Positions 1 through 8,947 of a stretch of DNA of 64,000 nt are shown here, one piece after another; position 1 is the first letter of the stretch; every line of letters starts with the position of its first letter. Source of the stretch: Candidatus Fermentibacteraceae bacterium. GTDB lineage: Bacteria; Fermentibacterota; Fermentibacteria; Fermentibacterales; JCC-6. The position numbers and the translations under genes were made by a program. The notes under the pieces are model-generated. The model ran no database searches. It was not told the DNA's origin and was given only the letters and a program-made list of their open reading frames with translations. The DNA lies in the NCBI GenBank assembly GCA_041750285.1, contig JBGSZS010000005.1, forward strand, positions 1-64,000. Direction: 5' to 3'.

Positions 1-1
1 C

Positions 2-709
2 CTTTTTGATGAGGAAGAGAGCGACGTTGCCGCCGATGCCGAGCCGGCGAATGAGCATGAAGATACATCCGGCATGCTTGATTTCGGACTCGGTGATGAG
101 ATGGCCGGTATTGGTTCCTCAGCATTCGATGATGAAAGTAACGGTGACTTTTTCAATCTTGACAGCGATTCTTCTGATGAGAGTAACGCGTTGTTTGCGG
201 AGGAGGAGGCAACCGATGAAAAGAGCACGGAACACAGCCTCCAGGATTTGTTTGACGAATTCAAACGCGGGGTTGACGAACAAGTCTCCTCAGAAGATTA
301 CGAGACACACTACAATCTCGGCATTGCCTACAAGGAAATGGGTCTGGTCGATGAAGCTATCCTGGAATTCGAGAAGGCGGCCAGAAACAAGTCAATGGCC
401 CTGCAGTGTTGCAGTATGATCGGTTTGTGTCACATGGAAAATGCAAATTATCAGCAGGCGGCCGATGAATTCAAAGGCGGTATCGACACTCCTGGCTACG
501 AACCTGAGGAATATTTGGGATTGCAATATGATCTCGGCCTGACGTATGAGCTTTTGGGCGATGCCCAGAAAGCGTTTGAAGCGTTTTCCTATGTGTATTC
601 CATCGATGCAAAATTCAGGGAAGTATCGCAAAAAGTAAAGGAATTACGGAAAAAATTAGGTGGAGATGATGACTCCCCATCGGGGGGAGGAAATGTCACC
701 TACGTGTAG
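2..709 (+). CDS. 5'-truncated TPR protein with acidic linker and C-terminal TPRs
   Basis: Frame is open from position 2 (LFDEEESDVAAD...). D/E-rich linker, then TPR-like helices (DYETHYNLGIAYKEMGLVDEAI; YDLGLTYELLGD..KAFEAF). GC is lower than in the rest of the window. Confidence 0.8.
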   Translation, partial: LFDEEESDVAADAEPANEHEDTSGMLDFGLGDEMAGIGSSAFDDESNGDFFNLDSDSSDESNALFAEEEATDEKSTEHSLQDLFDEFKRGVDEQVSSEDYETHYNLGIAYKEMGLVDEAILEFEKAARNKSMALQCCSMIGLCHMENANYQQAADEFKGGIDTPGYEPEEYLGLQYDLGLTYELLGDAQKAFEAFSYVYSIDAKFREVSQKVKELRKKLGGDDDSPSGGGNVTYV

Positions 710-781
710 CACTTGCCTTTCCCGGCAATTTCTGCTATGGACTATTCATTATTCGTTCGCTTCATGTCATTATAATTAAAA

Positions 782-857
782 GCGGGCATAACTCAGTTGG
801 CAGAGTGCAAGCTTCCCAAGCTTGGAGTCGCGGGTTCGACCCCCGTTGCCCGCTCCA
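782..857 (+). tRNA. tRNA-Gly (CCC)
   Basis: 76 nt; acceptor GCGGGCA/TGCCCGC-T-CCA, anticodon arm CAAGC-TTCCCAA-GCTTG, T-loop GGTTCGAC. Confidence 0.97.
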
Positions 858-885
858 AGCCTTTCCCCATACGGGAGCAGTACAC

Positions 886-1416
886 ATGATTTTCCTTGCC
901 TGCATCCTGCTTTCCACGGGATCCGATGCAATCTGGCTGCTCAGGGCGGGTTCCGATGCCGGATCCGCGCCCTCACATTCCACGAACGTTCATGTCTACC
1001 AGTACACCGGCGGAAGGGTGCCCGAGGACCCCTCGACACTTCCGCTTGAGACCTCGTTGCTCATGTGGAATGGAGACCCGTGCGGCGCATCGGTTCAGTG
1101 GATGATAGGCGGCAGGGATGTTCCGGCCACGCGGAACGACCTTCTGGGAGCACTGGTCTGGTTCGGGAGGTCGGTACTCACCGCCCACCTCGGGCTTGGC
1201 TATGCACCCCCCCCGGACATGGTTGACAGCCGGTATCCGACCCACTCCGCAGCGGTCCTTCGGCTGGGCTGGATGGCCGGCATGCCCGATGGCATGTTCC
1301 ACCCCGAGTTCAGGCTGGGGAGGGCCGATCTTGCACTTATCGGAGTTCCGGGCACCCCGGCCTCACATGTGGGAAGGTCCGCCATCGACGCCTCGGTGGA
1401 GGCCATGTTCAGATGA
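886..1416 (+). CDS. hypothetical exported protein
   Basis: ATG 886 after GGGAG; hydrophobic N-terminus MIFLACILLS; ATGA overlap with the next gene. Confidence 0.6.
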   Translation: MIFLACILLSTGSDAIWLLRAGSDAGSAPSHSTNVHVYQYTGGRVPEDPSTLPLETSLLMWNGDPCGASVQWMIGGRDVPATRNDLLGALVWFGRSVLTAHLGLGYAPPPDMVDSRYPTHSAAVLRLGWMAGMPDGMFHPEFRLGRADLALIGVPGTPASHVGRSAIDASVEAMFR

Positions 1417-2024
1417 GGCATTCGGAGCAGTATCCCCTTCAGTTCCTGGAACGAATAAGGAAAGCTCAGGAGAGAACCCCGGTGCTGCCCGGGCTCATCA
1501 GCTGGTTTCGCATCGTTCTGGCGCCACTATCCGTTCTGGCCCTCATCAGGGGCAACTACAGCACTCTCTTCTGCATGGTGGTCGCTGCAGCGGTCAGCGA
1601 CTATGCGGACGGTCTGGTGGCAAGAAAGCTGAAGAAGACATCGTACCCGGGCAAGATCCTCGATTTCCTGGCCGACAAGTTCTTCCTCTCCATCCTGCTC
1701 GTCATGCTGGAGAGGTCCGGCGCCATGAACTCCATCAGTTCAATGATCACCGCATGGTATCACATCGGCGTGCTCGCCGCGTCCGCCATTATCTCATGGA
1801 GTGTCAGGCTTCCGGTGGTCGCCGTACCCACGAGCGAGAAGCTGGTGATCGTTACGAGCTACTCATATGTCATCGTGGCCTGCGGAGTGCTGGCATTCCC
1901 CTGGAAGGCAGTGTTCGGCAACCTTCTCTGGGTCCTCAGCATCATCACCCCCGTTTCGGTTCTTTTTGGCGTCGTTGCCTACTTCCGCATCTCAAGGAGA
2001 GTGCTCTCGAGGTTCCTGGCATGA
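1413..2024 (+). CDS. CDP-alcohol phosphatidyltransferase (PgsA-like)
   Basis: Motif SDYADGLVAR...GKILDFLADK; multiple TM helices. Confidence 0.88.
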   Translation: MRHSEQYPLQFLERIRKAQERTPVLPGLISWFRIVLAPLSVLALIRGNYSTLFCMVVAAAVSDYADGLVARKLKKTSYPGKILDFLADKFFLSILLVMLERSGAMNSISSMITAWYHIGVLAASAIISWSVRLPVVAVPTSEKLVIVTSYSYVIVACGVLAFPWKAVFGNLLWVLSIITPVSVLFGVVAYFRISRRVLSRFLA

Positions 2025-2695
2025 CGGCGATCATCGTCATGGTGCTTCTTGCGGCATCACCGGCCGAGCTCGAGGCTTCGGGGCAGCTTGTCGAGGCCGG
2101 AACGGCATGGGAGGAGCGGGGCGATATCCCGGGACAGGTCAGGATCATGGCGACGATGCTCGAGGACGCCCTCTACAGCGCCGATGTGCGCAGGGCATGG
2201 CTTCTCGCCGGTGAGCTTTCCCAGCTTGGTGCCGAAGATGACCTGCTTGACTTCTGGCTCGCCAGGATAGCCTGGGGCTCCGGTCTCCGTTCCGAAGCCT
2301 CCGATGCCCTCGCACGCCTCGACACATCCGACCCGTGGCTTCACCACAGGGCGAGAGGGCTTTCGCTGCTCTACGGCGGAAACCCGCGGGAAGCAGTCAC
2401 CCAGCTTGCGCTTTCCGTGTCGGTGGCCGAAACCTCGAGAAGGGGTTTCTACGCTTCGCTCGATCTCTGCTGCGCCCTGATCGCCTCGGGAGAGACCGCA
2501 CAAGCCCTCGAGATCTCCGAACTCCTTTGCGGGATGTTCCCAAACGACGCTCTGGCACGGGTGATGAAGGGTCTCTGCCTTCAGCTTTCCGGGCAGGGCG
2601 CAGCTTCCGCCCGTGAGCTCACCTCACTCTCACCGGGTCACCCCCGGGGAGCGCGCAACATCGCTGCCAGGCTGATCAGGGAGTTCGCGGAATGA
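2021..2695 (+). CDS. hypothetical exported helical/TPR-like protein
   Basis: ATGA-coupled; signal-like MTAIIVMVLLAA; Ala/Leu-rich helical repeats. Confidence 0.55.
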   Translation: MTAIIVMVLLAASPAELEASGQLVEAGTAWEERGDIPGQVRIMATMLEDALYSADVRRAWLLAGELSQLGAEDDLLDFWLARIAWGSGLRSEASDALARLDTSDPWLHHRARGLSLLYGGNPREAVTQLALSVSVAETSRRGFYASLDLCCALIASGETAQALEISELLCGMFPNDALARVMKGLCLQLSGQGAASARELTSLSPGHPRGARNIAARLIREFAE

Positions 2696-3591
2696 ATCTG
2701 AGCCCCCTTGCCTGGTTCACCAAAAAGCGGCTCGAAAGAAGGGTGGAGAAGAGCTGGGAGACTTTCCGTTTCCCGGGCATCTTCGAGAACCCTTCCGACG
2801 TCACGGTCTACTGCGGGCCCGGTCCCGCGTCCACATGGCCCGGGATCTATCTTGCCTGTTCACTCCAGAAGTTCTACAGGAACGCGAACCACCACCTGAT
2901 ACTTGACGAAGCACTGACCGACCTTGCCTCGACAATGCCGTGGCAACCCGCCATTCACACATATGCCGCCCAGCCCGGACAGCTCTCGCCGGAGATACCC
3001 GGGGGATCGATCCTCTTCAACGCCACCACCGATTCAACAGGGCTCGCCGAGGTTGTCCTTGCCATTTCACCCGCGCTTTCCGTGGCTCCGGAAGGCTGCG
3101 ATTCGGCCAACGTGAGGCTCAGGATCCACACCGACCGCTACCCCGAAAGGGTATTCGGGATCTGCCATGCCCTTGGAATACCGCCAGACATGAAATGGCG
3201 CCCATCCGTGCCGGCCCGGCTCACCGAGGCCGCATCCCGGATACTGGCTCCGGTGAGTCACAGGTCCCTTCCCTACATCCTCGCCACATCCCAGGCCGCA
3301 ACGGTTCTCGAGAGAAGGAGGGCTGAACTCCCCCTGCGTCTTGTGATACTGGACGGAAAGGGGAGGGACATCCCCGATGGGTTGCCCGAAGGTGTTCTCA
3401 TGGCGCTGATCTCCGGAGCGAGCGCCGTGATCACCGACAGGGACCACATATGGGTCCATGCCAGCGCCCTGGGTGTTCCGGTGCTGGGTTACGACCGCCG
3501 GGGGGTCTTTCAGCCCTGGGGAAAGCCGCCCCCCAGGGGGGAGACAGGGCTTCTGGATGAGTGGGCGGAACTGCTTCGCAGGGGCTGGTGA
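2692..3591 (+). CDS. degenerate glycosyltransferase family 9-like protein
   Basis: C-terminal LMALISGASAVITDRDHIWVHASALGVPVLG resembles the GT9 segment (ND/DSGxxHxAxALGVP); adjacent to an intact GT9. Confidence 0.5.
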   Translation: MNLSPLAWFTKKRLERRVEKSWETFRFPGIFENPSDVTVYCGPGPASTWPGIYLACSLQKFYRNANHHLILDEALTDLASTMPWQPAIHTYAAQPGQLSPEIPGGSILFNATTDSTGLAEVVLAISPALSVAPEGCDSANVRLRIHTDRYPERVFGICHALGIPPDMKWRPSVPARLTEAASRILAPVSHRSLPYILATSQAATVLERRRAELPLRLVILDGKGRDIPDGLPEGVLMALISGASAVITDRDHIWVHASALGVPVLGYDRRGVFQPWGKPPPRGETGLLDEWAELLRRGW

Positions 3592-3595
3592 GCCC

Positions 3596-4456
3596 ATGAT
3601 CGTGCGAACCCCGAACTGGCTCGGTGACTGCGTGATGGCCCTCGAGAGCATCACGGGGATACTGGGGCAAAACCCCGGAACTGCCCTCTGGTGCCATCCC
3701 AGGGTCATCGGGCTCTTCAGCTTCTTCTTTCCGGGGACCACGCTGATACCGCTGGGAGCCAGAGTTCCCCGTTCTGACAGGCTTCTTCTCATGACTTCCT
3801 CCTTTCGCTCGGCACTTCTCGGAGCTCGAACCGGCATACCGAAGAGGACCGGCTACGGCCGCGGGATAGGAAACCTTCTTCTCACGGATGTGATCCCCTT
3901 CAACAGCGACCGCGGAAGGCACCACAGCCTTGACTACGAAACACTCGCCATTTCCGTCGGGTGCCCACCGCTCGCCCTGCCCCGGCATGAACCTTCGCCG
4001 GGCCCGCACCTTGCCGTTTTCGCGGGGGCCCGCTACGGAAGCGCCAAACGCTGGAACGGCTTCCCCGAAGTTGCGAACCTCCTGAAAATGCCGGCAGTAT
4101 TCTACGGGACGGCGCAGGAAGAGGCCGGACTCTCGGACATGGCGGAACTCTGCGGGGGCCGGTGTGAAACCGGCCTGTCCCTTCCCGACCTGGCTCACAG
4201 GCTTCTCACCGCCCGCGCCTGTGTCGGCAACGATTCGGGCGGCGTTCATCTGGCTGCAGCGCTGGGAGTCCCCACGGTGGCCGTATTCTGTTCGACGAGC
4301 CCCTTCTGGACGGGACCCAGGGGAAGCAGGACCGTTTCGGTCGTCACACGGGCGGGCTGTTCGCCCTGTTTCCGAAGGGAATGCCGAAACGGCAGCTTCT
4401 CATGCATCACCGGCATCACACCCTCCGATGTTGCCGAGGCGGTGGCAAGTGTCTGA
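3596..4456 (+). CDS. waaF: LPS heptosyltransferase II (GT9, WaaF-like)
   Basis: VRTPNWLGDCVM, GARYGSAKRW, VGNDSGGVHLAAALGVPTV, CSPCFRREC. Confidence 0.85.
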   Translation: MIVRTPNWLGDCVMALESITGILGQNPGTALWCHPRVIGLFSFFFPGTTLIPLGARVPRSDRLLLMTSSFRSALLGARTGIPKRTGYGRGIGNLLLTDVIPFNSDRGRHHSLDYETLAISVGCPPLALPRHEPSPGPHLAVFAGARYGSAKRWNGFPEVANLLKMPAVFYGTAQEEAGLSDMAELCGGRCETGLSLPDLAHRLLTARACVGNDSGGVHLAAALGVPTVAVFCSTSPFWTGPRGSRTVSVVTRAGCSPCFRRECRNGSFSCITGITPSDVAEAVASV

Positions 4457-7088
4457 TCCGACCCTGCTTCTCGTCGACTGCATGGGGATCCTTTACCGCG
4501 GCCACTTCGCACTCTCAAGAAGACCCCTGGTCTCTCCCGGCGGCGTGGTAACAAGCGGCCTTCACCATCTTCTCACCGAACTGCTCAGGCTCCTTGCGAA
4601 ACACCGGCCAACGTATTGTGCCGCGGTTTTCGACGGTGTTTCCCCGAGTTTCAGGAAGCAGCTCTACGCCCGGTACAAGGCGAACAGGCCGCCCATGCCG
4701 CCGGAACTGATCGTGCAGGCCGATCTTGCAAGGAAACTTGTGCCCGCGCTCGGCATACCGCTCATCCAGCGTGACACCCTCGAAGCCGACGACCTCATAG
4801 CCGGTCTTGCAAGGCAGGCGTCGGCCAAGGGGTACGCAACGATAATCCTGTCTTCCGACAAGGACCTTCTGCAGCTCGTTGACGACCGCACGTCAGTGTA
4901 CAGGCCGGGAAGGCCCGGTTCCCCGGGCAGGCTCGTCACACCCGCCGGGGTGCCGGACGAGATGGGGACCACCGCGGAAAAGATCCCTCTGCTCCTGGCT
5001 CTGGCCGGTGACAGCTCCGACAACGTACCGGGTGCACGCGGTATCGGTGAAAAAACCGCCCTCAAGCTCATCGAAGGGGTATCGAACCTCGGGGAGCTCT
5101 ACGCATCGCTTCCGGAACTGCCAGCCACCATTGCTTCCAAACTCGCCGAATCCAGGGAAATGGTCGAACTCTCCCTCAAACTCGTCACCCTGGATGTTCC
5201 GCTTCCCGACGACATCCTTCTCGAGGACGCCGTCAGGGGGGGCGTGTCGCCCGAAGCAGCCGCCATGCTTTCCTCACTGGGCATGAACAAGGTCATCGAA
5301 ACCCTGGGCATTCCCGGAGAGGACACCAGACGCGAGTCCTACGGATGCACCTCAAACATCGCAGGGAACGACGAACCCCTTGCTCCGGACGTTGACCGGC
5401 CCGTTGCGCTCGACACCGAAACCGATTCGGAGAATCCGCTGCTGGCCAGGCCTGTGGGGATGTCCCTGTGCAGCTCACCCGGAAGGGCCGTCTACATCCC
5501 CCTGGGGACGGGATTCGACCCCGAAAGGCTGAAGCCCCTCGCTGAAACCATGGAGAAGAACGGATGGACCGCCCAGAACTCGAAATTCGACCTCCACGTG
5601 CTGAGACGGCTTGGCCTGAGGCCGCCCCCCCCCTCCGGCGATCCCTACCTCGCCGACTACCTGCTCCGCCCTGAGGAGCCCAGCCACGGGCTGAAAGCCA
5701 TGGCACTGCACTGGCTTGGCAGGAGGATGGAGACTTTCGAAGAGGTCACGGCTGCAGGCTCACTTGCCGAACTCCCCCCTGAAAGGGTTGCTGAGTACTG
5801 CTGCGCCGATTCTTCGGCGGCCCTGGAACTGGAGCTGTTCCTTTCGGAGAAGCTGCGCGCCGACGGCCGCCTGCTCGATGTCTACAGGAACGTGGAACTC
5901 CCCCTCGTAAGCGTTCTGGCAGACATGGAGGAGCGGGGGGTAGGGCTCGATACCGGGGCTCTTGCCGCCACCGGTGCCGAGCTCAGGGAAAGGCTTTCCG
6001 AGCTTGCCTCCCTTGGCAACGAGCAGGCCGGAAGACCCGTCAACCTTGCAAGCCCCGGCCAGGTATCGGACGTCCTGTTCAACAGGCTGGGCCTTCAATC
6101 AGCCCGCAAGACGCCAAAGGGTGGGCTCTCGTCGAGCATGGGCGTCCTGCTCTCCCTCCAGGGTTCACACCCCTTCGTCGGAACGGTCATAGAATTCCGT
6201 GAGCTTTCGAAGCTCCTCAACACCTACGTGGAAAGCCTGCCCAGGTTCATCAACCCGGAAACCGGCCTTCTTCACACGAGTTTCAACCAGGCGGTTACGG
6301 CCACCGGAAGGCTCAGCTCGACGGACCCCAACCTTCAGAACATCCCCATCAGGTCCGTTTCAGGAAAAAGGGTCAGACGCTGCTTCATTCCCTCCGCGCC
6401 CGGAAACATCTTCGTCTCGGCCGACTATTCCCAGATCGAGCTCAGGGTTCTGGCCCATCTGGCGGGGGAGGGAGCCCTGCGTGAGGCATACAGGAACGGA
6501 ATGGACATACACGCCACTACAGCCCGTGCCGTTTTTGGAGATGTCACCCCGGAAACCAGGCGGAAGGCCAAGGAGGTCAACTTCTCGATCGTATACGGAA
6601 TAAGCCCCTACGGGCTGTCGGGAAGGCTTGGCGTCTCGAGGGGCGAGGCTTCTGGGATAATAAACAGGTACTTCGGAACCTACCCCGAGGTGGACGCCTT
6701 CTACAGGAACACGGTGGACACGGCACAACAGCAGGGTGAGACCCGGACGATACTTGGCCGCCGGCGCCGTTTCCCCGAACTGGCGGGCGCCCGGGGACAG
6801 AACCGCAGGCACATCGAGCGGATGGTGGTCAACACCACGGTTCAGGGTTCTGCGGCAGACATCGTGAAGCTGGCCATGCTGGGGGTTCATCGAAGGCTTT
6901 CTGAAGGTCTGCCCCCGGCCCATCTGGTCCTCTCCGTCCACGATGAGCTTCTGGTGGAGTGCCCGCCGGAGCTTGCCGAAGCGGTTGAAAGGGTTTTACA
7001 CGAGGAGATGGAGGGCGCCTTTCAACTGGAGGTGCCCCTGTCCATCGAGACCGGCAGGGGCGGGAACTGGCTCGCCGCCGGCCACTGA
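4449..7088 (+). CDS. polA: DNA polymerase I
   Basis: 5'-3' exonuclease (YKANR, EADD, SSDKDL, GDSSDNVPG), 3'-5' exonuclease (ALDTET) and polymerase (TGRLSS.DPNLQNIP, ADYSQIELR, VHDEL) motifs; GTG start inferred. Confidence 0.97.
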   Translation: MSDPTLLLVDCMGILYRGHFALSRRPLVSPGGVVTSGLHHLLTELLRLLAKHRPTYCAAVFDGVSPSFRKQLYARYKANRPPMPPELIVQADLARKLVPALGIPLIQRDTLEADDLIAGLARQASAKGYATIILSSDKDLLQLVDDRTSVYRPGRPGSPGRLVTPAGVPDEMGTTAEKIPLLLALAGDSSDNVPGARGIGEKTALKLIEGVSNLGELYASLPELPATIASKLAESREMVELSLKLVTLDVPLPDDILLEDAVRGGVSPEAAAMLSSLGMNKVIETLGIPGEDTRRESYGCTSNIAGNDEPLAPDVDRPVALDTETDSENPLLARPVGMSLCSSPGRAVYIPLGTGFDPERLKPLAETMEKNGWTAQNSKFDLHVLRRLGLRPPPPSGDPYLADYLLRPEEPSHGLKAMALHWLGRRMETFEEVTAAGSLAELPPERVAEYCCADSSAALELELFLSEKLRADGRLLDVYRNVELPLVSVLADMEERGVGLDTGALAATGAELRERLSELASLGNEQAGRPVNLASPGQVSDVLFNRLGLQSARKTPKGGLSSSMGVLLSLQGSHPFVGTVIEFRELSKLLNTYVESLPRFINPETGLLHTSFNQAVTATGRLSSTDPNLQNIPIRSVSGKRVRRCFIPSAPGNIFVSADYSQIELRVLAHLAGEGALREAYRNGMDIHATTARAVFGDVTPETRRKAKEVNFSIVYGISPYGLSGRLGVSRGEASGIINRYFGTYPEVDAFYRNTVDTAQQQGETRTILGRRRRFPELAGARGQNRRHIERMVVNTTVQGSAADIVKLAMLGVHRRLSEGLPPAHLVLSVHDELLVECPPELAEAVERVLHEEMEGAFQLEVPLSIETGRGGNWLAAGH

Positions 7089-7101
7089 GGGAGGTATTTC
7101 T

Positions 7102-8406
7102 GTGAACAGGACGATTCTGTTTCTTGCGATGGGGTTCCTTGCCTGCGGAAGTCCTGTCCCTCAACGCCCGAACGTCCTGGTGATCCTCATCGACACGGTC
7201 AGGGCGGACCATCTTGGGTGCATGGGCTACCACCGGAACACAACGCCCACGATAGACAGTCTGGCACGTGAGGGAACCCTTTTCACTGCGTGCCAGGGGC
7301 AGTCTTCCTGGACGCTTCCCGCAATGACGACCATCCTTTCCGGTCTGAACGCGCGTGAACACGGGGCTGGCCGAAGGTACGACGCCCTTTACGGGGTCTC
7401 CGGCGACATCCCCTGGATGCCCCATGTATTCAAGACCCAAGGTTACGAGACCGGCGCCTTCTTCAACGTGATCTTCATGAGTTCCGATTTCGGTTTCCAC
7501 AGGGGCTTCGACCACTTCGACTGCCCCGCCGGCGGTCCCGAATCACCCTCCCGGAACGCCGGGGAGACGGTGGACTCTTTTCTCCTGTGGCTTGAGGATC
7601 TTCCCGACGACAGACCCTTCTTCGCCGCCGTGCACTTCTTCGATCCCCACATTCCCTACGATCCGCCCGAACCCTGGAATACGCTCTTCACCGATCCGGA
7701 CTACGAAGGCGACTACAACAACACATGGGGGGGGGTCTCACAGCTCAACGCGGTTCATTTCGGACGCGACACCATCCCTCCCGAAGGTCTTGTGAACCTC
7801 ATGGCCCTCTACGACGGCGAGATCGCCTACACCGACATGCAGCTGGGACGGCTCCTCGACAGTCTTTCCGCGATGGGGCTTTCCGGGAACACCCTTATAG
7901 TGGTGGTGGGGGATCACGGTGAGGAGTTTCTGGAGCACGGCGGGATGGATCACGGCAGGACGCTCTATCAGGAGATCTGCCATGTCCCGCTGGTCTTCTG
8001 CGGTCCGGGAGTACCACGGGGTGGGGAAGTGCACACCCTTGTCGCCCAGCTGAACATCCTGCCAACGGTCCTGAGCCTTGCCGGGATCGATCCCGAGGCG
8101 CCCTCGCTCTTCTCGCCAGGTTACATTCCGGCCCCCGTTCCCGCGGGTGACGTTCTATGGCGGGAGGGTGATCTGGCGAGCCTGGTATTCGACGGAAAGA
8201 AGCTTGTCTGGGGAGTGGACGAAGGCTTCACCGAGCAGTACGACCTCATCGCCGACCCGGGCGAGACGGTTTCCCTTCCGGCCGACCCCGTCATGATGGA
8301 GGAGCTGGAGTGGTACTTCGGCACTCCCGCAGTGGCCGAGGCGCCATTCGTCGACGTGGAGGGCAGCATGCAGCAGGACCTCAGGGATCTGGGCTACATC
8401 CGCTGA
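7102..8406 (+). CDS. sulfatase-like hydrolase lipoprotein
   Basis: Lipobox FLAC; PNVLVILIDTVRADHLG, WTLPAM, HFFDPH.PY, YDGEI, GDHGEEF.EHG, LRDLGY. Confidence 0.88.
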   Translation: MNRTILFLAMGFLACGSPVPQRPNVLVILIDTVRADHLGCMGYHRNTTPTIDSLAREGTLFTACQGQSSWTLPAMTTILSGLNAREHGAGRRYDALYGVSGDIPWMPHVFKTQGYETGAFFNVIFMSSDFGFHRGFDHFDCPAGGPESPSRNAGETVDSFLLWLEDLPDDRPFFAAVHFFDPHIPYDPPEPWNTLFTDPDYEGDYNNTWGGVSQLNAVHFGRDTIPPEGLVNLMALYDGEIAYTDMQLGRLLDSLSAMGLSGNTLIVVVGDHGEEFLEHGGMDHGRTLYQEICHVPLVFCGPGVPRGGEVHTLVAQLNILPTVLSLAGIDPEAPSLFSPGYIPAPVPAGDVLWREGDLASLVFDGKKLVWGVDEGFTEQYDLIADPGETVSLPADPVMMEELEWYFGTPAVAEAPFVDVEGSMQQDLRDLGYIR

Positions 8407-8869
8407 GCCTTCGCCTGAGTATCTCCCAGCCCACCATGGCCGCCGCTGACGCCACATTGACGCATTTTCTCTCCCCGGCCTGGGGAATGACAAGAACACC
8501 GGGCGCAAGGTCCCACACTTCACTTGACACCCCCTCGGCCTCGTTTCCGAACACCAGCGCGGAGGGTCCGGACAAGTCCGCCCTGTGAAGGGGAACTGCC
8601 CCGGGGGTGTTCTCCACTACGAAAAGCCCCAGACCCGCACCGAGCGCCCATGCAGATGCCTCGAAGGCTGTTGGGAACCACCTCCAGGGCACGGTGGCAT
8701 GGGTTCCCCTTGAAGTGCGCCCGACCTTCCTGCCGCCGGGAAGGGCTGAGATGCCGCAGGGAAAAACCGCAGAGGGGAAGACGGCCTCGGCGATCCGAAA
8801 CACCGCCCCGACGTTGTAGGCGCTTCGGAAACCGTCAAGAATGAAGATCGTCGTTCCCTTTGCAAGCAT
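8381..8869 (-). CDS. TrmH/SpoU family RNA methyltransferase
   Basis: RSAYNVGAVFR, LVFGNEAEGVS, IPQAG...NVASAA SPOUT motifs. Confidence 0.88.
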   Translation of the reverse strand: MLAKGTTIFILDGFRSAYNVGAVFRIAEAVFPSAVFPCGISALPGGRKVGRTSRGTHATVPWRWFPTAFEASAWALGAGLGLFVVENTPGAVPLHRADLSGPSALVFGNEAEGVSSEVWDLAPGVLVIPQAGERKCVNVASAAAMVGWEILRRRLSGCSPDP

Positions 8870-8947
8870 TGGCGGAATTTACCCCATTCGATGTCGGCGG
8901 AAAACCCCGGCCTTGAAAAAGCTCCCCCCTGGGCCGTACTTCACATC

